Assembly (NCBI GenBank): GCA_965285935.1
Contig: OZ260664.1
Location: forward strand, 83,452,001-83,516,000
Reading direction: 5' to 3'
Origin: Ophelia neglecta
Taxonomy: Eukaryota
DNA length: 64,000 bases
The notes beneath the pieces are model-generated. The model was not told where the DNA came from. It did not search any database and saw only the letters and a program-made list of their open reading frames with translations. How positions within the stretch are numbered: the first letter of the stretch is position 1; each line of letters starts with the position of its first letter. The position numbers and the translations under genes are program-made. This document shows positions 12,401 to 26,209 of the stretch, piece after piece.

Positions 12401-15400
12401 AAGTTTATTACCACATTGAAAATTTATTACCGCATTAACTGCTTATGCTTATGACTAGGAAGTATAAAACTAATTTACTGGAACAAATTAGGAGTATTAC
12501 AGCCGGTCCATACAACTCCAAAGCCGGGGAAAATCCCCGGGTACCGGCTATTAAATACATCACTGTTACGAGGTTACACTGTGACCCAGGTCACTCACCA
12601 TGCTTGTGTATTTGATGAAGTTCTAAAAATATCTAAAATGGGCTCTCCGAGTCCGGACTGACCTCCTTAGAAATGACATGACTGATTTTTATGTAGTTTT
12701 AATACCAGCTTGCATGACCCTAGTCTTTTACCTTTGGCATTATGTGTAATTAATTATGGCCACTGATAATTAAACCAGACTATTAAACCGCCCTTGGTCC
12801 ATTTATAGGCCAAGTGCTGACTATTCATCATTGAACATGCAACTCTTCCATTAATAGCAAAGTTTTATGTAGTCAATGAAATGAAAGTTGGTGACTGGAA
12901 AACAGGTAAATGGGTACCCCTGATTCTAGCCCTCCCCATCCCCTTCCTATCTCCTGCTTTGAAATAGTACAATTAATTATGATTCACTCAATTGCATGGT
13001 TTTGAATAACATCATTGTTAAAAAAATTGAAGGATTATTGTGAGAAGATCGATTTCTTATCAATAGAACTAATCTAAATATGCAAAACTCTCGTGTGGTG
13101 ACATGTGTTTATTGTGCAGTGGACATGGCAGGACCGTGGGAGAACACACATAAAACATGACTAGGGCTTGGACTGGAGGTTGTCATTTTATCACGCCTTC
13201 CTGTATGATAATAAGGAATAAATCACCCCACGGGGACAGAAGGATAACTTGATTAATAATGACAGACATATATATTGAATTACTTGTAATGATTAATTAA
13301 TAGAATTCCTGGTCACTGCAGAACACTTGTGCTAAGTACATAGTGTGCTAAGTACATAGGATCATCTAAAAAAAGTGCTTGAAAATATACCAGTTATACA
13401 CCGTTAAGACACTTATATAGGTCAATTTTTACTAATCAAAATTTCACAGTAAGGCTTTAAAACTCTCAGTATGTTCTTGATCCCTCAATTTTCAGTTAAG
13501 GCCACCACATCATTAAAGTTTTATTTTCCAAATAAAAGTGTGTTGCCTAGATCAATGAAGAGGTTCTGTCAGTATAGATGTATTATATGTAATTGAGTGC
13601 ATGCAATTTATATGAAATATCTGTAAATATCAAGAATATTGACAGGTCAGTGTTTAAGGTATTTTGCTACTTATATATCTCACACAACTGTGGGTTTGTG
13701 AGCTGGACGCCTTGTCCCCCATCCCTCCTCATGTGTCCTCCACACCTCCTCAGGTGTCCCACCACCCCTCCTCAGGTGTCCTCCACACCTCCTCAGGTGT
13801 CCCACCACCCCTCCCCCACCCCTCCTCAGGTATCCCCCACTGATAAGTGAACACAGTGGTGGACAAACATTTTACTGATCAGGGATAGTTATCAAAAATT
13901 TGAATATTTTTTTTATGTAATAGCAAATCAATGTTTCAGAAAAATGGCAAATTTGACAGATTGTTAAGTGAAATGAATAAATGTAGCTCAAATAAATGTG
14001 TGCAATTTGTAAACCTTTGAATGCAATTAAAGTGTGCTTTGTCAGGGTTATTGTTTTATATTTTACTAGATCCCTGCGAAAACAAGATGATATATGTATG
14101 CCTATTTTTCAGTCAGCATTCATTTCGATAAAAAAACAGCAAAAAGTCCCTTAAATAAAAGCTTTTCAAGTTAACAAAAACTCAAGAAGACACTATGATG
14201 GAGTGTTAGGGGAAACAAAGTGTTTTTTCAATAGTAAATTTATATTTTTGAGCATTCACAATCCAATGACAAAACAAGGAAGTTTGTAAATGAGCTGAAC
14301 AGTTCACCTGCCTGCCTGTGTCATCATTCATATAAATATAAAATTTGGTCCTTGTGAATTGACTTGTGCAAAAAGTGTGCCAGAATTGTCAATTGGTTGT
14401 ATGAAGTGTGTCTGGTACGATGTCTTAGACATATTATTACAGGTACATCTGACACAGGTTCACCTGCATCATTGAAACTTGCTGCACCTGTTTTGAAAAA
14501 TGGCCAGTCCACAGACAGACAGATCTTTATTCGGTTACATGTATGTTTATGGAAATGTATTGATTCAAAGTAGAATGTAAATGTACATAACTCACATACT
14601 GGAAAGAAGGACCTCTCTACGAGTACTAGTGAACTGAGGGGCAGTGTGTGTAACATTAGGTTGAAAGGGCCACTCTAGTGATTTGGATGGAATAAAGGGT
14701 TGAAAGCGGTATTCTGCTCCTTCAGCCAGGCTTTGCACTATTAGATGTTTTTCAGTTTGATTCCAACAGGCAATGGGTGTTCAGTGAATTTTTAAAAAAA
14801 GGTGTTTTTTAATATAAAAAATCAGTGTTTTCCTGAACCAGTGGGGTGAATTTTTTACCAGAAATGAGTGGAAAAGGGGGTACTTTTCAAAGATGTTTAC
14901 TTTCCCATGCCTTCCTTTCTTAACTGGAGGGCAGGCCCCTGGTTAAACCATAATCAGATATTAATCTACAGTTTACCATTATATGATATTAATCTAAATT
15001 TTACCATTATCAGATATTAATGTTTATTTTAATATTGTAATATATAAGGTCCCCTGATTTGTGAAGGACATATCCAGTCACCAGACCAGGAGAACATTAG
15101 ATGGCTGCAATTAAGTTATACAGGTCAATTTATGCAATATTCAATATCTATTGATGTATCAGAGATTAAATGTTAGTTAGTTAGTTAGGCTTTGTCCATT
15201 GTAAAAATATAAAATGACATAACACCAGCTAGCCTATCATTAAGACAATTGCCTATCACAACTACAATGAATTATGTATTGAACAATATAAGCAGCAGGT
15301 CCATGCTTCCCATATCATACTTCCATCAAATGGCATCTAATATCACTTAAACCTGATGGTAAGTTAATGACAGGCAGGTGGGCAACAGAACACCTCACTT

Positions 15401-15484
15401 TTTAACTAACACAGTGCCTGGTTAGTAAAACAAAGATTAGGCCCCATTGGACAAAAAATTTCTTTTATTTGTGAAGAGACTGAT

Positions 15485-15580
15485 GAAAACTGGAATGGTT
15501 AGAGTATGAAAGATTATATGATAAGTTTCGTAGAAAACTGGAATGGTTAGAGTATGAAAGATTATATGATAAGTTTCGTA
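15485..15580. repeat. Perfect 48-bp tandem duplication
   Basis: GAAAACTGGAATGGTTAGAGTATGAAAGATTATATGATAAGTTTCGTA twice. Confidence 0.95.
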
Positions 15581-16875
15581 GATTTGCACCTGCCTCATAT
15601 GCCCTCCAGTTTATTTTTGGTGGTGTAAGAAATGGTCATAATGTTCTTTGTGGTAATGTAGGCAATTGAATTTATCTCCAGACAATTAGGATCATTTAGT
15701 CCAATCATACATATCAAGGACCTACATTCACACAAGCCTCGGACTGTCCAATTCTAGTTTTGATTGTCCTTGCTTTCTGTGTGCAGCCCCCTGACATTTT
15801 CTGGAAAGCCCTTTGGCGCTCATTTGCACACTCGGCTGCAGCAGTGGACTGTCATCAGTGCAGTGTCCTTGGTTGTCGGCCTGGCGGCACACGCAGACTG
15901 AGATCAGACTCGGTGGGTAGATTATCTGTCTACCTGGATACCTAACCTGAGATTACCTGGGCCCACCTGACGGCCATCGTCTGCTGATAACCTGTTAGGG
16001 TTATATCTGTACAGGTATGTCTGTTAATCCCTGTATCAGTGTGTGCTGGCTGTATGTTAAGGATGTACCACTTTCAGGTTGATGATTTCATCTTTAGACA
16101 GAGAGAATTACACGTATTACATCAATAGGCTTTGTGTTTATTAATGGCAACTGTAACATTGTCACTTTATGTTATGTTGATGTTATTATATTTTATTAAC
16201 ATTTTACTTGTGCAGGTATATGTATGTTACCTTGGTGCGAGTGGCCCTATCTCAGTATTCCTAACTTTAATTCTGTTATTTTGTATCAGAGCTGCATCTC
16301 ATTAGGCCACAGGTGTGACACACACAGGCGTTAAACTAAATTTGAGAAACACAGATCAATATGAACTGTATTAAATACAAATAATATGCTATAGATGGGA
16401 TTCTTCCTGGGCTGGATATTGTCCTGACTTACAGACGGTCACTGTTGATAATTTACATGGTTATCAGTAGATTCAAATGACAAATAGAGTTGTTCCCTGC
16501 AGTATTCACCTGATGGGAACTGTCCCAGTTGAACAGTATAGTGGTGGGGATGATTCAAGTCTAGACTCAGTCACCTGTATCTCACTGTAGACTTCATCAT
16601 GAAAATGACCACTAGATTTATTTTTTTATGCAGGATATGTACATTTAGGGGTGTGTTACAGTAATTCATTTAGTATTATGAATAGGACTGTTTTGTTCAG
16701 GCTGGCTGGCTTGCCGGTAATTCTTTCAACCCTGAGCAAACATGACTAAATGCGTTTCAAACTTCTGTAAAAGCCTGCTGTGGAAGAGTTTGAATTCCCC
16801 ACTTCAGTTCACAAGGTATTCATTTCTGTGATATTTTAGTTCACTTATCCACCTATATTGTGCTTTGGTGAACCA

Positions 16876-17053
16876 CAGTGAAACCTGTAAATTGAGACCA
16901 CTCAAGGGACTGGTAAATGCTGGTCTGGTTATAGAGGTGGTCTGTTTACTTAGGTTATTTTACATTGAAAGTGTACATTATGGTATTCACATTAGTGGTC
17001 TGAATTTACAGGTGGTGTGATTATAGAGGTAGTCTTTAAGGCAGCTTTCACTG
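16876..17053. mobile_element. Tc1/mariner-pogo type MITE (CAGTGAAACCTG termini)
   Basis: CAGTGAAACCTG...CAGCTTTCACTG followed by TA. Same family in inverse orientation at 46228-46697. Confidence 0.75.
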
Positions 17054-17203
17054 TAATTAAGGTTTTTAAAAAACAGCCCAACCCAAAAATAAGTTGGGGT
17101 TTTTTCAATCCATTGGCTCTCTCTGTTGACTATAAACAAATGGTATGACTTTCTTTTCCGAGGTAGAACCAAACATTATTCTGACTTGCAGTTGGGACCG
17201 TTA

Positions 17204-18013
17204 CCGTACATTCTGTTATATAAGACTACCGTGCAATAAAGGACGCACCCCTTGTTTGAAGATAACTTGGGCCCTTTTCTCAGAGCTGAAATATTTTCTT
17301 AAAACCCCTTAATTAAAGTCGCACCGCTTTTCTTGGAGGCACTAAGTGCGTATGGCTTGGTACCTGATACGATTTGGCGCGCAGGGACGCAGTACTCGTA
17401 GTAAACAAACTCTGTCACAAACATTCCCGGAACAAGTGCTAGACTAGCCTCTAAAGCTACGGCCAGCGTGCATTCACAAGAAATACGTGTTAGATTGGTC
17501 TTTGAAGTCTGTCGATTGCGTATCACCGGCGCCGGCCTAGGCCCCAATTGTTAACAAAAAACTGTGAAAGTTCCCGGTTATCAGTACTAGTAGTATAATA
17601 GAACAGTGTTAACTCGCTTGCATATAGATGGCGTCACCAGATAGTGCTGAAAAATACTAGTACTTCCTGTTGTGTTTAAAGCCATGCAAACGAAGTAATG
17701 ATTATGCTAGTGAATATATTTGTTCGTTTAAAAAGAATTGCCATTCAAAAACCAAATAATGGTAATTATGTTATCTCACAATTAACCTGTCATTTATTAG
17801 AAATCAGATTATATCGACAATCATCATATTTGGTTAAACGCCTATTTTCGCCCATTGAAGTTCTGCATGAATTCTGCCCACCCATCGAGTTTTCGTGAAA
17901 ATTCTCAGTAATACCATCTATTACAAGACGCAACCCTTATTTCCTGCTAGATTTTAGGCTTCTAGTACATCTGAAATTGCCAAAAAACGCGTCTTGTATA
18001 GCAGAATGTACGG
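17204..18013. mobile_element. pogo/Tigger-type MITE
   Basis: TA-CCGTACATTCTGTTATATAAGAC ... GTCTTGTATAGCAGAATGTACGG-TA, with a CpG-rich interior. Confidence 0.85.
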
Positions 18014-21000
18014 TATTATGTTTTATCTATGCCTGTGCTGCCATCTCGTCCATGGCCAAAATCCCTCTACTTTTGTTTTGTACTTCTCTGATATAAATGA
18101 CATGTGTAGTTTTATATAGGCAAGGATGAATTTAAAACTATACATTGAGAATACAAACTGAGAATCAAATGCCTGGAAAGTATAAAATTTCACCTGCCTG
18201 ACCCTTGCATTTACCACCATGGTTTTTTCATTTACCCAAATCACAAGATTTATTTTTCAGATGGCTTATGTTGTGAACCTCGAGGAAAACCATCACATTA
18301 GATTTTTTTAGAATTTTCCATTTGTCAGAGAATACATTAGAGTTAGCTACACGAATTTTTGAATCAATTTACATAATAATTTCAAACTATTTTCCTGTTG
18401 GTAAAAAGACTGATGATATTCTGCCAATAATGATTATCATTTTTAGAGTTTTGTGAAAATGTACATATGTTAGACTGTTTTTGTATGTAGTATTAGGCCT
18501 ATATATGTGCCAGTGATAGCGTGAATTAAAACACTTCCCATTCAAGTTGTTGGGAGTGACACGTGTTAAAGGCCATTAGCAACATCCTAAGTGATTTTAT
18601 GATGATGATGAGCTGGGTAGAATTCAGTTCTCATATACAACTTGGTGAGACAAATTAAGATATCAGTCTTGCATGAAACTGTGTGATGTTATTAATATAT
18701 GTTACATTACTTTCCTTTGCATCTTTTGTCATTATTTCTTTACCTGAAAAAAAAATCCATTCAAAGGTTTGAATTATATGATATGATCTGGATAGTGAAA
18801 GGCTTTCCCAGTGAAATGGTTACAAGCTTTTATGCTGCGTGGGAACTTTGAAAGACATGTTTTACTAGCTCGGTTATTAATGATTTAGGGAAGGGGACAC
18901 GGGGGTCAGGACCCATTTTTTCTTGCTACAGATTGTTGCTAAGAGTGCCTAGAAGTTATGGGATGTGGGCAGTCTGAGGGCTCAACCCCTCTTGACCCAC
19001 CTCCGGCAGAGTGCATTCACCCCGAGGATATTTTACTTTCTGTTAAATATACCCACCCCCACCACACACTCTCAAACGCCTGTAAGACAGGGTACATAAA
19101 CATTGTGAAAAACTATTTATCAAACCTAAAAGAAAGTGAGATTCATTGAATACAAAACAAAGCACTTCCACCATTTGTAAAATATAGTGTATTTATAATT
19201 ATATCATACAAAAAATACAAAACGTAATTTCTATGTCCAGGAAATTCCCTTCAGATTTCCCCATTTAACTTTAAGAATATAAAGACATTTACAATTTTAA
19301 CAGCTAGACACCCTGCCACCACCACAAACTCACATGTGTTTAAGGCAGCTGTAGTATCTGAACAAAGCATAGGAGTAGTGATAATTAAAGTGCTAGTAAA
19401 TGTATTGAAACAAGACAAAGCACTTCCTTCTTAAGCACTGTATAATGTACCTATGACATACATGTAATCAAAAAAACTTTAAAATTAATTTCTATGTCCA
19501 GGAAATTCACTTCAGATATCTCCATTTGACATCCAGGATATAGATACATGTATATCGGTAACAGTTATTATTATGTCTTTACTTTCTCTGTTTTCTGATG
19601 GCTTCTATTGTAATGTTCTTTGTGTACATGTACATATTTGGCCTATACAAACCAAATGCTACTAACGCAGTATAGCCTGTTGGGGTATGAGCATTGCATG
19701 ATAGAATAATGATGAAGTCTTGTTATAGTTAGGAGAGATTGCTAGTTCATTTTCCAGTCACTCATTAGTATTTTCCCAGACTCCTCCCAAAAAAAACGTT
19801 GGTAAGGAAGTGATATACTTTAAAGTTTATATGATGGAAATTTCCATCTTGTAGCTTTAGGCATCATGGCGCAGACCTTGGTGAAAGTGCTGAGTCAGCA
19901 ATTTATTCCATATGCTTACATAACCCTGGCTGATTCAGATATTTAGTCATGCACATGTATATATGTATGTATATGTATATGATGAATATATCATACATTA
20001 AGTCGATTTATTTCTTATTCTGTGAATTGTTAAAATAACATTTGGGATAAAAATAATCTATATATATAGACCAAGCTAATTTATGACTCTGCGTGGGTTT
20101 GTATATTCAAAGCCAGATTCACTTTTTACCAATTCTGTCAGCTTTTATATTCGAGTTGGAAAAATCAATATGGTTACCATAGTCAGCTCCATTTACCTGT
20201 CCAGAACCCTATGATTCATCTTGTGAAGGGGTGATTATGGAGACATGGGAATTCCACTGAGGGGACAAATGAGATGGCTGGAATGTTCCAGGAAAGGTAG
20301 TCACAGGCAGGCAGCTAGAGTATGAATCCTCCTGGGTAATGGAGTAACCAGTAAAGGTAGACATATTGGTATGAGCATTGTCTGCTCATTGCCATGATGC
20401 AATGTTTGGCTACTGACCAAGAGCTATGTCTGGGAGTCATTCTGGTGCTGATCATGGTTCAACCATATACATGTATATAGACATTAATAAGAATGTAGAT
20501 GGCCATTTTAAATTGCTTCTACAACCAAGTTAGCAACATAACTTTTCAGTCTTTATGATAATGTCTGGTGTATACAATTGAGACTTGTTAATTAAGCCCT
20601 GCTTCAGGAAATGTATAACATTTATAAAAAAAATATCATACCAATATAAATCAATGAAAAATATCTATAGTTAATTCATCCATATTTATTTATGACCCAA
20701 GTTGTCAAGTTCTCCATGCGCTGAATTGTATCAAGGAGCATTCCCGTCTTAGAAGATGCTTGTACCTTTACAATTGATCACAGGGTCACTTAAATGTAAA
20801 TAGATTGAAAATAATTATCACATTGATATTGGCATGCCCATACTTTTATGATTTGACCACCCATTGTTCAGTACATGTATTATCATTAGGAGAATAACAA
20901 TGTGCCCACCATGTAGCTGTACAGGGACATGTATCTCATTGATTCATAGTTTATCTGAAAGAACAAGTAAAGTATTGTACATAAGCTTATTGAACCGTTT

Positions 21001-22975
21001 TAAGACAATGTCCAGTTACAGAAACTATTGAGCAGTATTGATATTTTGTTGAGAACATTCACAAGCATGAAGCTTTCAGTGATGTTCCCTAATTGATCTT
21101 CTTTCAATTTTCTTTTACAATTCCGGTACATAGAACACAAATTGCATACCGAATTGTTTGGGATAAGTTTCCATGTCATTATGAGTGACTAACACATGTT
21201 TTTCTGTTCGTAACATGGCATTTTTCTCCAATTCTTTATGATACTTAAACAATATCAGACCTAACGGTACTAACTTGGTTATAAATGGTGATGTAGCATA
21301 TACTTAAAAAATGAATGTGACCTCAGAAAAGAATTAACTGTAACCCAGGTTAATGTTCTAATAGCTTGATGGGCTCTTAGTACATAGAAAACGGTACATG
21401 TATGCCACATTTCCGTTTATAAGTCAACATCAGAGAAGGAATTACATGCACAATATTTATAGTAGGCTATGGAATATCACAGGAAAGGCAATACATGATG
21501 TCCTAACCCATACATTGCTGAATAAAGGGAAATGACCTACTGTTCTGGACAGAAGAAAATTCCATCATAAGCTTTCTATGAAGTACTGTATACATTGATT
21601 AAGTATGAAATAAATATTGGCCTTCAGAAATATGAAGTGCTATCCAGAGCGTGGATTCTGAACGCTGATGTTGGTTTTTTTGACAGATGGTAATACCACA
21701 TCGCATGATCATCACTAGTTAGCTGTGACTGTTCCAATGAGCCTCCTTTGTGTGAGCAGCCAACCAATATTGTGGTTTAAGTGTTGGTTTGGTGGGAGTC
21801 GTCCAGTGATTATCACACCTAAGGGTCCCCAGGGGTCATTGTGGGGTTATGCCCCATTTCCTACACCCTTTTTTGGGTGGCCTGTCCATTCTAAGGACTC
21901 CCCTGAGGCCATTTCAATTTTCTATCATTTACAGACCCTTTGAAAAGCAAACTTTACAGTGTGGCACTGCAAATTAAATTCCAATGTCTTTTACCCCCTG
22001 TGGTGCATAAAAAAATTACATCCCATTTATGCTCAATATACGGTTATTGCATCCTTGAAGCGGCAATGCAGTGTATGCTATTTATTTTTAGAATTAGTGT
22101 TTTATGCAATCATTATTTTTTAGAATTAGTGTTCTCTGCAATCATCTGTACTTTTTGTATTCAGTTTGTAGGAAATGAGACCTCAACATCATGGATCTGT
22201 TACTGTTATTTTTCTACTGGTCTCATAAAGAAACATCCTTAACATATTTGTCATGGATTTCATTGTGTCTTGTTAAGGGTTTGTCCTTGGGGTTCATTTG
22301 CCATGCATCTAAGGTAATATAATTTGTACATTGGATAACATAGCTCAATTAGTTTCACATTCCTATTGAACTAATGACTGCATTCCAATTTAATACATTC
22401 AATCTATTGATTTGGATTGTTAATACCAAGGTCAGATGGTGTTCCTGGGCCGACTATCTCGATACATAACATGTCATTTACTTAGACCTACTATGTGCAT
22501 GTCAGAAACATGATATGGTAGAAAACTACTTACAAGTCAAAATCATCATGTAAATTCTGGAACTTTGAAGACATTATCATCGGATATTTCTTGTTATTAA
22601 ACTGCCATTAAATATCGTGAAAAGTGTATATTCAATTTAATCCCTATCTCTTTCAATTTAATTTTATCCCTGTCTCTTTAATGTACAAGTCCAGTGCCAA
22701 GGTATGCATGTTTCATGGTGCATGCCACATTAATAATATCATACCTCTCTAGAAAAGCTGATAACCCCTTAATTTTATTTGTCCTAATTAAATGTTGTCA
22801 TTTATGCAGTAGACGCAGCTGTTTTGACTTCTACCTTTAGTAGTGAAGTTTTATTTTCATGAAAACTTAATGGTATCACTGGATGTTAATGTGTAATGTT
22901 GATGCATGAAATTTTGCTGCTCTTTATTTTGCAAATATATGTCTTGGGGCAACTTGTGAAAATAGCCTGCAGGAG

Positions 22976-23125
22976 AGAATCTCAGGGTTTCCAGGAGCAA
23001 TGTACACAAACATATAGTCTATATAGAATCTCATGGTTTACGGCATTGAAGTACACAGACATATAGACTGTTTAGAATCTCACGGTTTACGGCAGTAATG
23101 TACACAGACATATAGACTGTTTAGA
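22976..23125. repeat. About 49-bp minisatellite, 3 copies
   Basis: AGAATCTCA.GGTTT...GTACACAGACATATAGACTGTTT repeated. Confidence 0.8.
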
Positions 23126-25217
23126 GACAGCATGTGGCACAATTCTTGTCACTGTACCTTGCCAAGTGGTATATATATATATAGACTCCCTTTTAGCCAT
23201 AAAAAATAAAGTTAATTTCCTTTATTTAAGTCCAAAACCTGGGGTGCAGTTCAGGAAGGTTGCAGAATTAAGTTTTTGACTTAAGTCAGTAAATAACAAT
23301 GGGTTTTGTACACATTCTTGTCTTAGAGCTGAGTCTGAGACAAGAATGTGTGCAAAAACTATTGGCAAAAACTTTAGTCTTCAGCCTTCCAGAACTCAAC
23401 CCCTGAATAATTGACAGAAGTGAAGCCTGTGCAGGTCTCTCTCTATTAGTCCATAAGGAAGCTTCCAAATCTATTGTCTCAGTATCACCTGCACACATGT
23501 AACCTGGGACCAGATACATGTAGGTATAAGGTGATACTCTGTAAGAAGGACGGGAGAAAAGGCCACAGTTTCTTCTATTCTACGTGCATAAAATCCCCAA
23601 ATTTAAGGTGCAAAGGAAATTTATATCAGGGTATATAGGCAAAGGCAAAGGTACAAAGGTGTTAGCAAGCTTAAGACTGCAGGATTATAGTGATGTGGCT
23701 GTGGAGGACTTCATGGGGACAACTTTGGAGATGAAAAGTTCTCACAAAAAAAACCCCAAATACTGAATTATAAAGTAGATGGTTCTGAGGAGGACTTGGT
23801 GTACAGTTTTTCTAGTTACATGGAAAGACGCAGTCGTGAAGTCTTTCTCGTGGGAATTTCCAGATCTCTGTCATTTCACCTGCTCATTTAACCGGTCTAT
23901 AGAATCAGCAGCCCTTCAGTTTTCTCTAAAAAAGGATGCAAATTAATATGTCTACTTAAAGTGTATCCATTGATAATGTGTGTCTTTCCATGCAGACTTC
24001 CTCCTTTGTCTTCTGCCATATAATGGCCCAAAGGCAATGAAAATGAATTCACAAATAAATTGACATTTGTCTGGCATTGAAATTGATTAAATTACTTTAC
24101 TTAAAAAAGCATAAGAACTGGAAAACACATCATGTACCTTTAGTATATATGTATATTCATGTAGTCGTAGGCACACTTAAATGGAGCGGTGTTCTCTTCC
24201 TGAATAGCCCGTATTAATTGTCACAAACATGAAGAGCTTGACAGTAGTTACTGCCCCAAGTCATGGCATATTACTGCAGATTTCAAATTCCTTTTATTGT
24301 TGTGGACACATGATGACAAGATGATATTCACAGATGATAAGGACAGCTAGTTGAGGTTCCATCTGCACTGCATGGGACTGTCCTTCCAGACAATTCAATC
24401 CCCTTTACGCACAGAGCTAATAACAACCCAGACAGATATTATGACATTCTAAGGACAGATGGCTGGAAGACGTAATACTATGTCAAAAGAACCTAAATTT
24501 TTATTATGTGAGCAAGGGAGTAAATGTAATTTCTGGTCTCCATTGCCTCTCATTTACCTTGCATGCTGCCGATAATTGAACTACTTAATATTTCTCATTT
24601 AGAAACCAAAATACTGGTACACACCTCACCCTAATGTGAAAGGGAATAATATGGGTTCATATTGATGTATAATGTCACATGTGCCGGTTATCACAAATAT
24701 TAAAGACCTTTCATTCATCTTAAAGACAAATGCATCTCCACTAAAAATCCTAAAATTTTTAGAACAAAAAGTTGAAACATCTGCTGTATCCCAGGCCAAA
24801 CTTTTTTCTTCTAAATAAGTTGCAGTGCAACAAACCATTATAATTAACTAACAATTTCAGTCAAAGGGTGACAGTCAGATGTGAAAAACACTCAAAAATG
24901 TATTAAGAGAGAAAAGGGTTTGGCCACCACAGCGTGAAGAACAGTTTTCCGATGCTTTATGAAGTTCGGGTGATGAAAGTTCTTACATCATGAATCTATG
25001 ATGTCAATTCTTGGTTGAAAATGATTGATCATTATATGTTTTTGTCAGAACAGACTGCACCTAAGTAGATGAAAGAAACTTTGTGACGAGGTTTGACTTG
25101 CATTTGTAATTTAACAATTATATGTTAAGTAGTTTTTAATGTCATATTAATTCTATTGCCCTGGCTGATTTACGTTGGCCTCAGGGAAAAGACCCTCCTT
25201 TTTGTCCAGAGACATCC

Positions 25218-26204
25218 CAGGGTTCATTTTTTACAGAAAAGGCAGGGGGACATTTGTCCCCAAGGGGCTGATCTTGAGGGAACAAATAACTATTCAGGGG
25301 GACAATATTACACACTGTTATTTAACCTAATCTTTAATATGTAATATACAAAGCAGTAAGGTAAGCAGCTAAGACCAGAAGTATATTTTAATATTAATAA
25401 TATAGGCCTATAAGTTTATACCTACTATAGGTATAAACTTATAGGCCTATACATCTTGATTATCCGTGATCGATAATAGCTTCATATCTATTTTGTCCAG
25501 TGGTAAACTATGCATCTTTCATAATTTGACATATTTCTGGAGAGGCATTTTAGTACATTACAAGGCATAGGCGAATTTTCCTTAGTATTTTATATAGGGC
25601 CTATGTTGCCGGATCAGGGAATTAAGTCAACCTCAACTTGTGACATCGCTTGACCCCGGCGCTCGAAATGTCAAGAAATGTGTCTTTGCCGGCGTTAACA
25701 TTGTACCAACCTGCTTCTGAAATGCGGCCAAGATGGTATTTTGCCTCATTATTTTCTTTGGCGGCATTTTGTTTTGATCTGCCCGACACTGCTGAACGCC
25801 AAAGATCGCCGACCGCTCAGTTACCGCGACTTGACAATGTGCTCATTTCCGCGCGTTTCGTTCCCTCGTGTGGAGTCAGCCTCTAGCTGTAATGTAGTAG
25901 TATAATACCCAGGGCTACGACCAGCAACGCACCGCAACGAACGGTCCTCACACTGCCTTGTAACGAACTACTGACCTCGATTCAGTACGGGAATAATGTT
26001 ATGTCAGTTGAACTCATCGTGTCGGACGTACCTCGTTACACTGGCGATGTAGTAAAACCAACAAATAGCGCAGATAAGGCTCCGCGATCGGCTGACAGCG
26101 CCATTTCGGCCCGCGCCATTTCGGCGCAAAGCCAGGTAATTTGGGGGGACATTGAGTGGAAAAATGCGCCCAGGGCGCACGGCGCGTCCAAAAAATGCAC
26201 CCTG
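25218..26204 (-). mobile_element. hAT5-type non-autonomous element with 5-bp TSD
   Basis: TIR CAGGGTTCATTTTTT / CAGGGTGCATTTTTT. CATCC duplicated at 25213-17 and 26205-09. CpG-rich promoter-like region. Short - strand exon 25767-25711 (MPPKKIMRQNTILAAFQKQ) followed by a GT donor, resembling a transposase N-terminus. Confidence 0.8.
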
Positions 26205-26209
26205 CATCC

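Noticed and set aside
19146-19530. Diverged tandem duplication of about 260 bp (similar small ones at 47980-48210 and 61190-61275)
   Set aside because: Real but ordinary local duplications with no functional signal.
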